A stretch of DNA of 63,975 bases, counting the filler, from Jimgerdemannia flammicorona (Eukaryota), in NCBI GenBank assembly GCA_003990765.1. It is 3 parts of 3 records of this genome, joined end to end, with 100 filler letters (N's around TTAATTAATTAA, not from the genome) between each part and the next. Parts side by side here need not be neighbours in the genome. Positions count along the whole stretch, not along the records: positions 1 to 21,260 come from RBNJ01001493.1; 2 more parts are not named here. One strand, given 5' to 3'. Positions 1 through 12,900 of the stretch are shown here, piece by piece. The translations under genes and the position numbers were made by a program. Every line of letters starts with the position of its first letter. Within the stretch, counting starts at the first letter, position 1. The notes under the pieces were generated by a model. That model was not told the DNA's origin, searched no databases, and worked only from the letters and a program-made list of their open reading frames with translations.

Positions 1-142
1 ATTTATACAAAATATAATTCAATGGTTGCTAAGATATAAAGCTAAATATAAATTCCAATAACTAAAACTACTAAGTTCCAAGGCTGGCATTATTTAGTAC
101 CACATCAAAATACCAGTGCTGGAACAATTTCGCGTCACCTCA

Positions 143-245
143 GAATACCGGTGCTGGCATTATCCAGTGTTACATGAGAATACCGGTGCTGGCATTATCC
201 AGTGTAACATGAGAATACCGGTGCTGGCATTATCCAGTGTAACAA
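143..245. repeat. 35-bp tandem repeat, 3 copies plus degenerate upstream copies
   Basis: GAATACCGGTGCTGGCATTATCCAGTGT(T/A)ACATGA at 143, 178, 213. Confidence 0.9.
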
Positions 246-273
246 AGAACTTTTTAGAGCAGAAAGTTCAGGA

Positions 274-1083
274 TCATGGGAGCTTCATCATCATCATCAT
301 CACTGAAGGAGATGAGATCCGCGAACTCTTCCTGCAGGTCGTGCGTTTCGTGTACTTCGTCACGCGGTTCGCATGCTTCGGGTATGTCGCGCGGGATGAC
401 GTCATCGCCGATGACGTCATCACGTTCGGCGGGGAAATCGGGGGAGCTCTCCAGTCTATGAGGTTCTCTTCCACAAAGTAAGGAACAAATGTGGGGTCCT
501 GGGGAGGTCTGACCTGGATGCTTGGGCCTTGGAATACTGAGATCAACCCTTGCAGGAACTGGTCTGGGTTGTCCTGAAGGATAGGGTGCCAGAAGTCTTC
601 TACTTCTTCGCTGTTGAGGGTGATAGTGGACCAGGCTTCTGTAGCCACCCTGGCTTCTAGTGCATTGATTCAGCGGGATGACAGATCTCTGAAGTCTGAG
701 ACTCTAACATACTCCAAGTTGGGGATTGACCATGGTGCATGCCTGAAGATCTGATGGATCTTCTTTGCCGTCCTTGCCTCACGTAGGTCTATGGGGGTGG
801 CATCTTGTAGCTCTTGAGGGCTGGCCTGTGGGAACTCCCGGCAGAGGAGGTTTCCTATTTCATACTCCTGCCACATTTGGAGGCATTTGGTGGCAATGGT
901 GATCCTTGTTTCCATTTCACGGCAGTAGAGAATAAAGTGATAGGGGTCTGCAGTACCCAGGTTGATGCTAGGAGTTCTTCTTGAGTGGGTCCTCATGGCT
1001 CTTCTGATGTCTTGGAACATCCTTTCCTCGACCGAGATACCTTGATGATTCCTTGACCTTGAGGTTTGGTGGGCAGCAGGCAT
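274..1083 (-). pseudogene. LTR-embedded accessory ORF (~269 aa), one premature TGA
   Basis: Track ORFs 670-1083 and 274-648 are in frame, separated by a TGA at 670-672 (likely CGA>TGA). Homologous to 24895-25702. Confidence 0.75.
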
Positions 1084-2721
1084 TTTGTTTGTGGTAAGTC
1101 TTTGAGCTATTTTGGGATTGGTAGTTCTTGTTGGTTGCTGCTACTGTGGTTCCTTGATCCTTCTTTTATATTCTTCAGGATGCTTGTGCTGTGGTCACAA
1201 TGACTCACAGTTGGTCATCGTTGCTCATCTCATATGCCATATAATCTTCTTGTACTCTGATCTGGTGGCTTGTAAAGAAAGGCTGTCTCCTGTGCTGATG
1301 TCATCATTCTAGGGTCACCGTTACAATACTCATTATATATATATTGAGCTTACTATATATATATACTGACTATAATGTAAGTAATTAATTCTTATTGATA
1401 ATATATTGATAAAAGCTTGATCAAATATATATTATTTATCAATATAAGCTTGTTATATATATATTGAACTTACTGATACTACTTATTATATACTAACCAT
1501 AATATAAATAATTCAATAATATATATTGAGCTAGATACATATATATTGCTTATTAACCTATGATAAATCAATACAATATATATATATTGAGTCTCTTAAT
1601 GGATCTCAAGCTTTTTATATCATTATCTTATATTATGAATTATTACTTATGACTAAATTATATAACTATAATTAGAAATTAGTATATTTCAACCTTTTAA
1701 GCTATAGTTATATAGTATTTATATAGATTTTTACTAAATTCTATGGATTTCTCTATAATATAAACTTATGAAGATATTATAATATTTCTATCAGTAAATA
1801 GTATAATTACTATCTCTTTAACTATAGATAAGATTATCTTTTAAAATCATTAGCAGATAAATTAAGGTTTGAAAAAAATAATTCTTTGAAATATTATTTT
1901 TCTATTAAAATATATCTCAATTTGTTTAAAAAAAAAAAAAAGAAATATAATTATACTCTCTTTGTGCTTTATTTTTTATTTATATGAAATTGATATATCT
2001 TGATCTTTTAAGCTATAGTTATATAATATTTATATATATGTTTTGCTGAATTCTATAGATTTCTTTATATAATAAACTTATAAAGATATTATAATATAAA
2101 TATATAACTATATTTCATATATATTTTTTTCTTTTTATTAATGAATAGTATAATTGCTATATAACTATCATTAATTTTCACTAAAATTTCTTATCTTTTA
2201 TAAAAAATATAAATTATATCAAACTATTAATATAGATATTATCTCAGGAACTTGAGAATATGCTCAATGTATTTATTTTCATTAATATAGATTTTTAGTT
2301 GTAAAAATGATAATAGAAGTCAATATACCTCAGTTGTATACCTTGGTAGAAATAATCTTATATAACTCTTGTTGAGGTATACTTAATCTGCTTAAATGTG
2401 GCTTTTTCTTAATACCTCAAGGCTGACAAAACCTGCTCATTTTTATTGAGGGTTTTGCATTTTTTCCATATGGAAGTGACTATTTTTCCTTATTGTGCCT
2501 GACTCAATTGGCTAGCTGCAGTTGGCCGGTTCATCACATTGGGCCCACACAAATTTTTGACTCGGGACGGCATATATACCTCACTGCGAGTTAATCCCAA
2601 ATTATCATGCTGCAGGGAACGCAAGTCAGATGATCAGGGTACGCCCTTTTTTTCCTCAAACAACAGTCATACTTGGCACCCCACCTGGTCTATGACTCGG
2701 GACCTGAGGCGAAATAAGTCC

Positions 2722-2745
2722 CTCTCTCTCTCTCTCTCTCTCTCT
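2722..2745. repeat. (CT)n microsatellite just upstream of the start codon
   Basis: About 12 CT units ending 2 nt before ATG 2748. A (TA)n tract also lies in intron 2 (~3503-3528). Confidence 0.9.
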
Positions 2746-2747
2746 AC

Positions 2748-5267
2748 ATGGAAAAACCAATGTTCACTGGCGATCTCCCCGTCCACAAGCGCCTGAGCCG
2801 CTATGCCGTCCACGAGGTTGGCACCGACCTGTCGCATCTCTCCCCTAACGAACGGAAGGCCATTCCTCTTTTGATCAAGGTCGGCAAGCTGCTTGACGCG
2901 CTATATATACGTCAGATGTGGTCCGGCAATGAGAAGCTCCTGGAGCGGCTCAAAGATCACAATGACAAGCAGCTCCTGACACTTTTCGACATGTATAAGG
3001 GGCCTTGGGTATGTAGAATGGCTTATAGCGCTCGTGTCATCATTGGGAAAGAGTACTTTACAAACTGCGTTGCTCTCCCGAACTCACTTCTCTCCTCGCC
3101 ACTCCCAGGCCCGCGAGGACTCCAGCACTCCCTTTATCGCCGATGTCCCACCGCGTCCCGAGGGCGCTAACTTCTACCCTGAGGATATGACGAAGGACGA
3201 GTTCGAGGCATGGGTGACTGGGCTCAACGAGCACGACCAGAAGCACGCCAAAGGCTTCTACTCGGTGATTCGGCGCAACAACAAGGGCGAGTTGTACCAC
3301 GTTCCCTACTCGAACGAATACGGCGACATCCTCTTACAGGTTGCCAATCTTTTCAAGCATGCCTCCAGGCTCGTGGAGGACCCGTCGCTCAGCCACTTTT
3401 TGTACATGCGCGCGCTGGCATTTGAGAACAACAAGTACCTCGATTCCGAAGTCGCATGGCTCAATATCAGTAAGGAGTCTAAATTCGAGATCACCGCGTG
3501 CGTATATATATATATATATATATATATATTTTTCCGCATCCGACAAAAATTCCCTCAATTCATTGTTTTTTGCCCTTCCCATCCGTAAACTAGAGGGCCC
3601 TATGAGGTATACACGGACAGATTGCACGGTTATAAGTCGGCGTTTGAGTTCTACTTGCACATGCGTGACTTCCCCTCCTCCAAGCTCCTGGAGAAGTTCT
3701 CGTCCAGCCTGCAGTATGTCGAGGACCACCTGCCCATTCCAGACGAGTACAAAAATCGCAAGCTCGTCGCCCCACCCATCGTTGTCGTCAACCAGTTATT
3801 TGCCAGTGGCGATGGTGCGTGTTTTTTCCTATGACAGATTCGTAGAGGTCGGGTGGGAATGTTTCGATGGGGGATGTGATAATGCGCAGGAATGCGGAAG
3901 TTAGATGGATCTCTTACTGACGTCATCATATATTAAATTACTTTGTTTTGCATCCAGTTGCCGTGCCCATGACCGCTGGTAAGGATCTTATATGTTCGTT
4001 TATGCTACGGTAATGACTGGCCGGCAGCTTTAGTGCCTGCCGTCACCATATTCGTCATGTGGACGTTTCTGTTGACCTAACCCTCTTCTCTTTCCTTCCT
4101 GTCGAACCTCACTCAGCCTACAACCTTCCGAATGACGAAGTACGTAATATATTCACGGTCACTTTGCAAAGTTTATGGCCTCGCTCGTTCACACGGTCTT
4201 TTGTGATTCCCGACCGTCTTTCCTAAACCCGTGATTCGCCCTGATTCGCATAGGATGCCATCAAGATCGCTGGCTCTAAGCTCGTCCTCATCAAGAATAT
4301 ACAGGAGGGCAAGTTTGCGCGCGTGCTCACCCCGATCGCCCAGCTAACGATCGCAGAGAACCAGCTAAAATTCGTCACGTGGGTGTTGGAGGGCCTTTTG
4401 AGGGCCTTTTGTGTTACTTGCCATTGTGAATGTTATGGTGACGTCGGTTGATGCTCATAAAATCCATCTTTGCTCCTCCAGGAGCGACGCCTTCACTACA
4501 CACATCCTTCTACACGAGGTCACCCACTCAAACGGCCCGCATCACATTGTAAACTGCCCTGAGGATACCGTCCGCTCGCGATTGCAGGAATTTCATTCAC
4601 AGATTGAGGAGGCAAAGGCTGGTGCGTAGGCTCTTTTTGATGCTCGATAGTTTTTTTGATTGTGGATAGCGAGGGTAATTCGCCTACGCAGTTATTAATA
4701 AAGACGGGTGTATTAACTTTTACTAGATATCGCCGGTCTGTTCGCTGCCGCGCTGTTAATCAAGTCCGGCGTCATCGAGAACGTCAAGCCCGAGGAGCTC
4801 TGGGTCACATTCCTGGCGTCCGCGTTCAGGACGTTCGTATGCCTGCTTGCCATTAATCCCACTACCTCCTTTTCATCACACAACTAACATCCCCATCTCC
4901 CCTCCCCAGCCTCCGCTTCGGCATCACCGGAGCCCATGGCGCCGGCCAAGCGGCGCAGGTCAACTACCTCCTCGACGCCGGTGGCTTCGTGCACGACGCG
5001 TCGACAGGTCGCTATTCGGTTGACTTCACGAGGATTGAACAGGCCGTCTCGGACCTGACCCGTGACATCATGATCTTGCAGGGCGATGGTGACAAGGAGC
5101 TCGTCCGGGCCTTCGTCACGCGGTATGCAAATAATCGTCCAGAGACCTGTCAGACGCTCGAGCGCATTGAGGGTGCGGGAGTGCCAGTCGATATTAGGCC
5201 TATTTACACAGTCGAGAAATTGTTCCCGCACGAACCAGAGGTCGAGGCCACCGAGGGCGGCCAGTAG
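2748..5267 (+). CDS. Peptidase family M49 (dipeptidyl peptidase III-like, HEXXH type; resembles the peptidase domain of plant Nudix hydrolase 3), 547 aa, 9 exons
   Basis: Exons 2748-3008, 3109-3497, 3594-3814, 3958-3978, 4117-4139, 4254-4378, 4482-4621, 4727-4832, 4910-5267. All introns are GT-AG and the exons total 1644 nt in frame. Motifs GANFYPEDMTK, GPYEVYTD, AYNLPNDE, HEVTH, EEAKAD, LRFG..AHG. Confidence 0.92.
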
Positions 5268-6600
5268 GGGGGAAAGATGGATTTGGTAGCTGTGGGTGAT
5301 GATGCCAAGCGGAATGGATGGTTCATAGCGACTTCTTTAGGTTTTTTTCCCACTCCAAGCCACATCCAAATAAAACTATGATAAATCTTGCTCTGGAAAT
5401 CCTCGGTCTTTTTGTTCATGTCTTATGAAATGTAATTATAAGGCAACTATCTCTCAAGTATTGTTATTTTGATTTCCCTAACCAAACCAAGAATAAGATT
5501 ATCACAGCTATTCTCACAGCCATTGAATGTCAATAGACCTCCACTGAACTGCTCTCAGTCAATAAATGAATTTCTGAAAGTCCGGACTTGAATTCTGAAA
5601 GAATTCAATACTTTCAAGCCTTTCTCTATCAATAAGAACTGAAGAAATATTATGAAATAGGATGAATCATCTACCAACAGATCACTTTTAGTAAGACCAA
5701 ACAGATATCTTGTCTTTTTATCAATAACTATGCTTATGATATTATAAAGAGATTATATGTTCTTTTTTGTACATAACTCTAAGTCCTCAACCACTTTTAT
5801 AAAATAATCTCTGATAATATTATCAACCTGACTGATGAATATTAGAGCAATATCACCTTTCAAGTAGTCTAATATATAATCTTTTAGTTTAATAAATATC
5901 TGGAGTTTAATATAAAATCAAATGAGTAGGTTTAGACAAAAGAGAGGAAAATGTAATAGTTTATTATAAAGCAAAAATTTTTAATAGAATTATCAATAGA
6001 AATTATAACAGAATTTCTAAAGAAAATTTCAATATAGTAGTTATATACTATATAAAGTATAACTATATATAGATATATCTAATATATTATATTTAAACAA
6101 TAGTCTCAATTTATATAAATACTCTCTATACTGAATATATTGTAACCTCAGCTATATTTTTCCCTCTTAAGAATAAAGAAGTATTTTTATCAAGAACTCA
6201 TAGACTTAACTTATTAATAATTCTGAATCTGATCAACTTAGGATATAAGTACAGTACTTCTATTTAGATAAGATCCTAAAAGTAATACTAAATTATATCT
6301 CAGCTATATATAGATATTTAGAACTTAGCACTTTCTTATAAAACTCAGAATCTAGAACTAATAGTTTATTCAGATTATCTGTAATGTATTAATTCTATCA
6401 GTATAGAGTTTATTATAATATTTAATATCTTAGCTTCTATTTTACAGTTTAAGATATTTCAATATATAGACTGAATTTTAGATAACTCAGATTTCAAGAT
6501 ATAATTTATTATTATATTTATTTAGTAGTTTTTAATAAAACAGAAGTTAGTTGATATTTTAGAATTTATTAAAAAATCTAGAGTAATTTAGATATTATTA

Positions 6601-9235
6601 TAATACATAATACCTTAAACTGATACTTTTGAAGACTATTTCCAAACCACTAAGACTCCCCTATATATATATAAATTTAAAATCTGGCTCTACAGAAGTG
6701 TAATAAATATCCTTTATATTTATTTTATATGGCCATATTTTTTTTTTTTTTATAAAAAAATCCTTAGCAATAGATTCTTGAAGTTGAGGGTCTTTACTAT
6801 GAAACTGGCTAGACTTGCAGTAGTGACATCATGTAATGTGACTGAAAGTACAGTAGTAACATTATATAAATGTGGCTGAAAGTGGCTAAAACAATGGCAT
6901 ATATTATATATATAGAGAAAAAACATTTTGACCTGTAATGCTATATAAAACCAAGTGTACAACTTAATTGTTGCATACTCTTGCCAAAGCAAATCAGACC
7001 AAAAAGTAACATATGTCTTTGTCTGAGTACTATCTACTCAAGGATACCAAAACCATCATATGTAATCTATCTCTCAGTACTAATGAATGTGCCAACGAGA
7101 TTGCCATGTGTAAATGAGATGAATATACTAGAGATGATGAAATTTTGGTTTTTGACTCTGATGATAATTGTCATGAGTTAGAGATTGACAACTCTCAGAG
7201 TAGTAATGAAGGTAATGAGAAAGTCTTATCTGCTCAAGAGATAATGATGTATGTTATAGCCAAATATGACTAGAAGAAGAGCGAAGCAGGATTGCAAACA
7301 TTTATAATGAAAGGAGACTTGGAGAGAAATTATTTTTATAAGAAGCATGCAGCCCATAATCTTGCAAAAGCTGCTGCATCAATACTATATATCATGAAGT
7401 AGTTTTCAGCACCTTTACAGCCAACCTATACTAATAGCAGAGAAGAAGATGTAGAAGTCAAGAGAGAGATCAATTAGGAAACTGAAATTGCTAATTAGAA
7501 TAAGTTATCAAGGACAACAAAAATCTCTCAAGATATACTTATTTTTATCTTCAGCAGATGAGTGCATACATGACCTGTGACAGAATGGACAGAAGACCAC
7601 AGAATCAAGCAACCTGATCACAGAAGTGAATAACCAAGGGCTGTATTTTGCTAGAGTAATCTAAGCATGGATATATCTTTAGATTACATATTGCTTTATC
7701 CTATATTTCAAGAAAGGTCATCATGTTAAGGTGAAGGGTCTTCTGGAAGATGAGGATATAGAACTTGCCATTGACTCTTATCTCAGAATGTACAAGTTTA
7801 TGGTGACTTCTGCAAAGCTCTAAGAATACTTAGAAAAGAAGGTATTCCCTTCTCTTACTCTAGTAGTAAAACTGATGATAATCTGAGAGGAAACTATTGT
7901 AAAGTGGATGAAGAAAATGAGATAGACTTATGGCTCATGAAAGAAAGGTATTTATGCTGACAGGCATAAGTATGAAGATATTGTAGCATATCACACCCAG
8001 TTTCTACAGAAGATATTAGATCTAGAATTATCAATGGTTGAATACAATAATGAGACTTTGATGCCTCTGCCTAATGATAATCTTGCTAATAGTACTCAGA
8101 TGAGGCATATATTAGTGATACATGACAAATCAACATTTCAGGTAAATGATGACATGAATGTAGGATTGGGACCAAAGATTGAATAACCTCTAAGGAAGAA
8201 GGGTCATGGTTGTGGCCTTATGGTTAGTGACTTCCTCCTTGATACAGTTGGTCACCTGGCTGTCTCTGAAGAAGAATATTCACAAATGACAGCTGCCTTC
8301 CACCATAAAGCATACCAATTGTTTGAGTATAGAAAGAATAATGATGGATATTAGACTGGAGAGCACCTTGTGAAGTAGATAAGTAAATAGAAATATATAT
8401 ACTTATACTACTTCAAGTATCTAATACAATCTACCACAATGAATAGCTTAGGGAAAGAGCCATTCTCATATTCAATACTATCTACTCTAGATATATTGCT
8501 ATGTTTATCTTTAACAATAGTTTCAGTCATTCAGTCTTTACTTCTGATGCACTTTTGGTATACAAGATAAACCTTGGCCCTGGTGGCAAGCAGTTGCTTA
8601 TGTGACCTGACTTCTTCAATGGGTAGGAACAACTGATGGTCTTTTCAGATGACTATTGTGACAAGGCACTATATAGCAATACAAAAGGAATGAAGCAGAT
8701 ATTGATTGAGCAAGGACTCTGGCCAAAATCCAACAAGCTACTTGCCCAGTATAGTATAGGATACAAGGCAGATGCTACAGCTTATTGTATAGAGAGGATT
8801 CTATCACTTCAATCAGACTTCTATACTCAAAAATCACTAATTGCAGAAATAATTGAGACTGCCAGCCACCACTGCATCTTTTACTCAAAGTTTTATTGTG
8901 AACTCAACTATATTGAGTACTTCTGGGGTGCAGCTAAGCACTATTGTCAAGTCAATTACAACTATATATGAGATGGTCTAAAGTATACTGTTCTAGAGAT
9001 ACTTGTATCAATTAACCTAATGACAATTCGGTGGTTCACTCAACAAGTATAATGTTATATAAGTATGTACCACAGTAGCCTCAAGCTGAGAGTAGCAGAG
9101 TTTATAGTAAAGAAATATAAATTATATAGGAGAATACCTGCTGGTACCATTATCAACATTTGAATAAATATGTGATCCAGACTTCAGACTTGCAGTTTTG
9201 TGTAACATATGGTTGATTTAAGGTATCATGCACTA
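6601..9235 (+). mobile_element. Tc1/mariner (IS630-like) DNA transposon, decayed
   Basis: 19-bp TIRs: taatacataataccttaaa (6601-6619) vs revcomp of 9217-9235 (tagtgcatgataccttaaa), differing only by G>A. TA on both flanks. Internal DDE transposase. Confidence 0.8.
7013..9163 (+). pseudogene. DDE transposase pseudogene
   Basis: Remnants HDKSTFQ, FIFNNS.SH, KFYCELNYIEYFWGAAK. Many stops. Start position approximate. Confidence 0.8.
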
Positions 9236-9989
9236 TATTAAGAACTTAGAAAAAGATATAAATATATAGAAGACTTATAGTTTTTCTTTTCTTAACTAAA
9301 TTAAAACTGATTTTTACTGAGAATATTTATATATTAACTAACTAATAATTTATATATAAATTTTAACTAAGTATATATTAATTTAAATAGATTATATATA
9401 TTTTTTCAGATATTATTCAGAACTTACAATTATAATAAGTTATACTAAATAGCTTTAAGTTAAATATTTAGAATTCAGGATAAAAATATATATCACTATA
9501 TTAAGTAATAATAGTTAAGTAATATACTTATCTAATGTGACAGTTGATCTGAATTAGGAATATGAATCAGGGGAATTAGATATTTGATTACATTATCTAA
9601 ACCTAATTCTTGATATAGTATAGTCTTATAAATAGCAGTCATTGTTATTTTACAACTATTAAAGTTTTCATAAATGTTGAACTCTTTACAGATATTGAAG
9701 ATTTCACAGATGTTGAAAAATTCAATATTTGCAAAAAGTGACTCATAACATAGTAATAACTTAGTCTCCTTATAGCTAGCAAACTTATATAAATAATCCA
9801 GTATCTTAGAGTAAATAAACCTCAGATTGAAATAGTTCAAAAGTAAGAGAAAGCAAAGGAACTAGTAAGCCTGCAGGCAGATATACTTCAAACTCTCCCA
9901 CCCCAGCATCTGAGGACTCTGTAGAGTCAAAGAAGATTAAGTTTTCAAGATACAGAAATCTGACATACTTTTAAGGTTAAGTATCTACC

Positions 9990-12900
9990 ATATTACAACT
10001 TGGTACTCATTGGCTGGTAATTCAAGATGAATCTCTCACTTTTAAGCTAAACAATAAACAACTACTACCACCTGAACAATCATACAAATCAAACTAAGAT
10101 ACCTAGATAAGATAGATATGAGACCACTAGTATTTCACAGTTATATATATCTCAGACAAATTAATCATTATCTTTATTGATGATTTTGAGCAATATGCTG
10201 CCATAAGGAACCTGACAGCAAGATAGCAAGTAACTCTCATACTCTTCAGTCTCTGAGGATCAGCAAGAGCAGTATTCACAGCTACAACCTATGTAGGAAA
10301 TGACAATAATACTATGCTAGCAGCACAGAAGACCTGGCTCCAGGCCAAATATTACATATACAGATGAGATCAAGCAGATACTGAAAGATCAGCTCAATGC
10401 AATATACCAAGGAATGAGTAAGAATCCAAACACATTCTACACCAGAATCTGATATCAGATAATTCTTACAGATTATGCTACTGCCATCAGGGATCAAGTA
10501 ACCAAAGCAATCTTTATAAAAGAAATCCACTCAGAAATAGCCCTGGCTATCTGCTCATCACCAATAGTCTTAGATCTGACACAGAAGGTCACCTATGCTC
10601 AGCAATACTAGATAGCCAGACATCTATAAGACTATATAATAGAGAGAGTCACTGAAGTTAGAATTGAAGTACCTAAGGCAACTAGTATGATCCCTACCAT
10701 AGTAATCAATTGAAATACACCTCAACTAAGAGCTACTGAATAACAGCGAAATAGTGACCCCAGAGAGGAACTTGCCAAACATTTTGCTGAAATGACTGCC
10801 TATCTAGGAGATGTGGTCAAGGAAATCAAAGGAAGAGATCACTGCCCAGTTCAGAAATTTGCTGCCACCTTGGACAAGAAGAGAGATACCTGCTACACCT
10901 GTGGAGAAGAGGGCCACTACTCATATGAATGTATAAGTGAAATCAAGCACAAGGCATAGCTAAGCAATGCTACTTAAAATAAGGAACAGGTCAACATTAT
11001 CACCTTTGAAGAGATTAGAGAATTAGATAACGAGAAATGGGATACCTATCTCATACAGACTACCAAGAAGAATGTTCACAAAGAACTCTACAAGAGACCA
11101 CCAGAGAGATCAAGAAGAACCCTGCAGAAAAGCAGATAGAGACTGCTATAGAAAGTCAAGGAGAAGAAACAGACCAAGATATGGAACTAGAATAGGCTGT
11201 TCAAGATATCATCCAAAGAACCACTCCAGCCAGTAAAGGAGAAAAGAAGAAGAAGCTTCACAATACTAAGATCTTTAAGTATAATATCTTCAAGGATCTC
11301 AGTCAATAAAAGATCAATGTCACCTTCAGCCAGCTATCAGAAATACCCACATTCAGATAGCAAATAACATATAGACTCACTGAGACAACTAAGGAGCAAG
11401 GTTGGAAGATAACTAAGGCCAACAATGTTCAAGAGGACTCAGGAGAAGAAAGTGAAGATAAGTACAAGAGCCACACTTATAAGAAAGATCCAAAATGTTC
11501 CCATCTAGTTTAGAGAGACAACTATCCCAGTAGATGTAATTATGACCAATGTAACCAACTATGACATTCTCATTAGCAACCAGTGGCTTCATAAAGCCAA
11601 GGCAATAATTGATCTGAATGCTCAGAAGATGCAGATTATCTATAATGGACAGAAGATGTGAATTTTCATCAATATCAACAAAGGAGTCCTGCCTAAGATG
11701 GAGGAAAAGAGAGTGAATAAGAGGAAGCCTATATGGTGACAACTCAGAAAAAAAAGAATAATATTGAATAGATGAGTGAAGAAGACTAGTGCAAAAAGAT
11801 TATAGAAGAATATGCACCACAAGGAGTCTGCTCTCATGAGACCCAAATATACTCTATGGAGCATGACAATGATTATTATCAGTGTACTGGCAAAATAAAG
11901 AAAATCTACCATCAAAGAAGAGAGAAGGCTCTTGAGAAATAGGCAAGAGAAGAAAAAAGAATAGAGGAAGAGGATGACAAACCACCAGCTCTGCTCAAAG
12001 ATAGTGATGATGAAGAGGAAATCAAGATTATAATTCAGAAGATTCACTCCAATATAGTCTTACCAGAATATAAGTCAGAAAATACAGCTGAAATGGATAT
12101 TGCCACAGTGGAGAAAACTATACTAGAACTCCAGACAACTACCCTACTTACAACTGGCCTGGAAATGATCATTCCAAAAAACCATATTGGAATCCTCAAG
12201 ATATGAAGTAGCCTGGCTAAGAGTAAAATCACAATTAAAGGAGAAGTTATTAATTTCAATTACATTGGAGAAATACTACTTATTGCTAAAAACTATAATC
12301 CTATAATTCCATTTCCAATCAAGATGAAAGACTGACTGGTACAGATGTTGATCCTCCTAGTTCTTTAGCCAAGAATCATAGAAATCAAGAAGTTGGAGGA
12401 AACAGAAAGAGAAAGAAAGAAATTTGGATCCAAGGGAAGAGAAGTATTCACCAGTACTAAGATCACCAATCTACAGCCCAAGAAGGAGGAAACTACAAAA
12501 AAGCACAGCTATACTACTGAAAATGAATTCCCACACAAGACAGAGCTCAAGAAAATACTGTATGAATTCAAGAATGTCTTTGCCACAGACTTCAAGAATA
12601 TCAAGGAAAAGACTCTATACTATTATCATGATGTAGATATCAGTGATACTGAACCAATTTACAAGAAGGCAAGACCTGTCCCACCAGCCTACTGAGAGTG
12701 GCCCAGAGAAGAAATCAAGCAGATGGAAGAAGCTAGTATCATCAAAGAAGCCAGCAGCCCCTGGTCTTCATCAGTTGTACTAGCTCTGAAGAAAGGAAGC
12801 AAGCCTGGAGAATTCACCCCAAGACTCTGCATTGATTACAGAAAGCTCAACATAGTTACCAAGAAGGATTGCTAATTACTGTCCCTCATCAATTACATTC

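Larger units (their letters stand above)
1..1325 (-). mobile_element. Long LTR (family D; solo or 5' LTR) running off the left edge, with embedded ORF
   Basis: Minus strand starts TGTAAC at 1325 with no adjacent PPT. TATA-like TATAAAAG lies ~80 bp upstream of an ORF. Window bases 1-10 (atttatacaa) match the core LTR TATA motif of the other LTRs here (atttatacaag). Confidence 0.65.

Noticed and set aside
143..245. 35-bp repeats as a CRISPR array
   Set aside because: Units are directly adjacent with no unique spacers, the context is a eukaryotic LTR, and there are no cas genes.
1326..2440. AT-rich region with ~95-bp direct repeat (1694-1785 / 2005-2097) as centromere or origin
   Set aside because: Consistent with terminally mutated repeat remnants, with no diagnostic feature.
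3034..5419. Multiple overlapping short track ORFs as separate genes
   Set aside because: They are exon fragments or alternate frames of the single spliced M49 gene.
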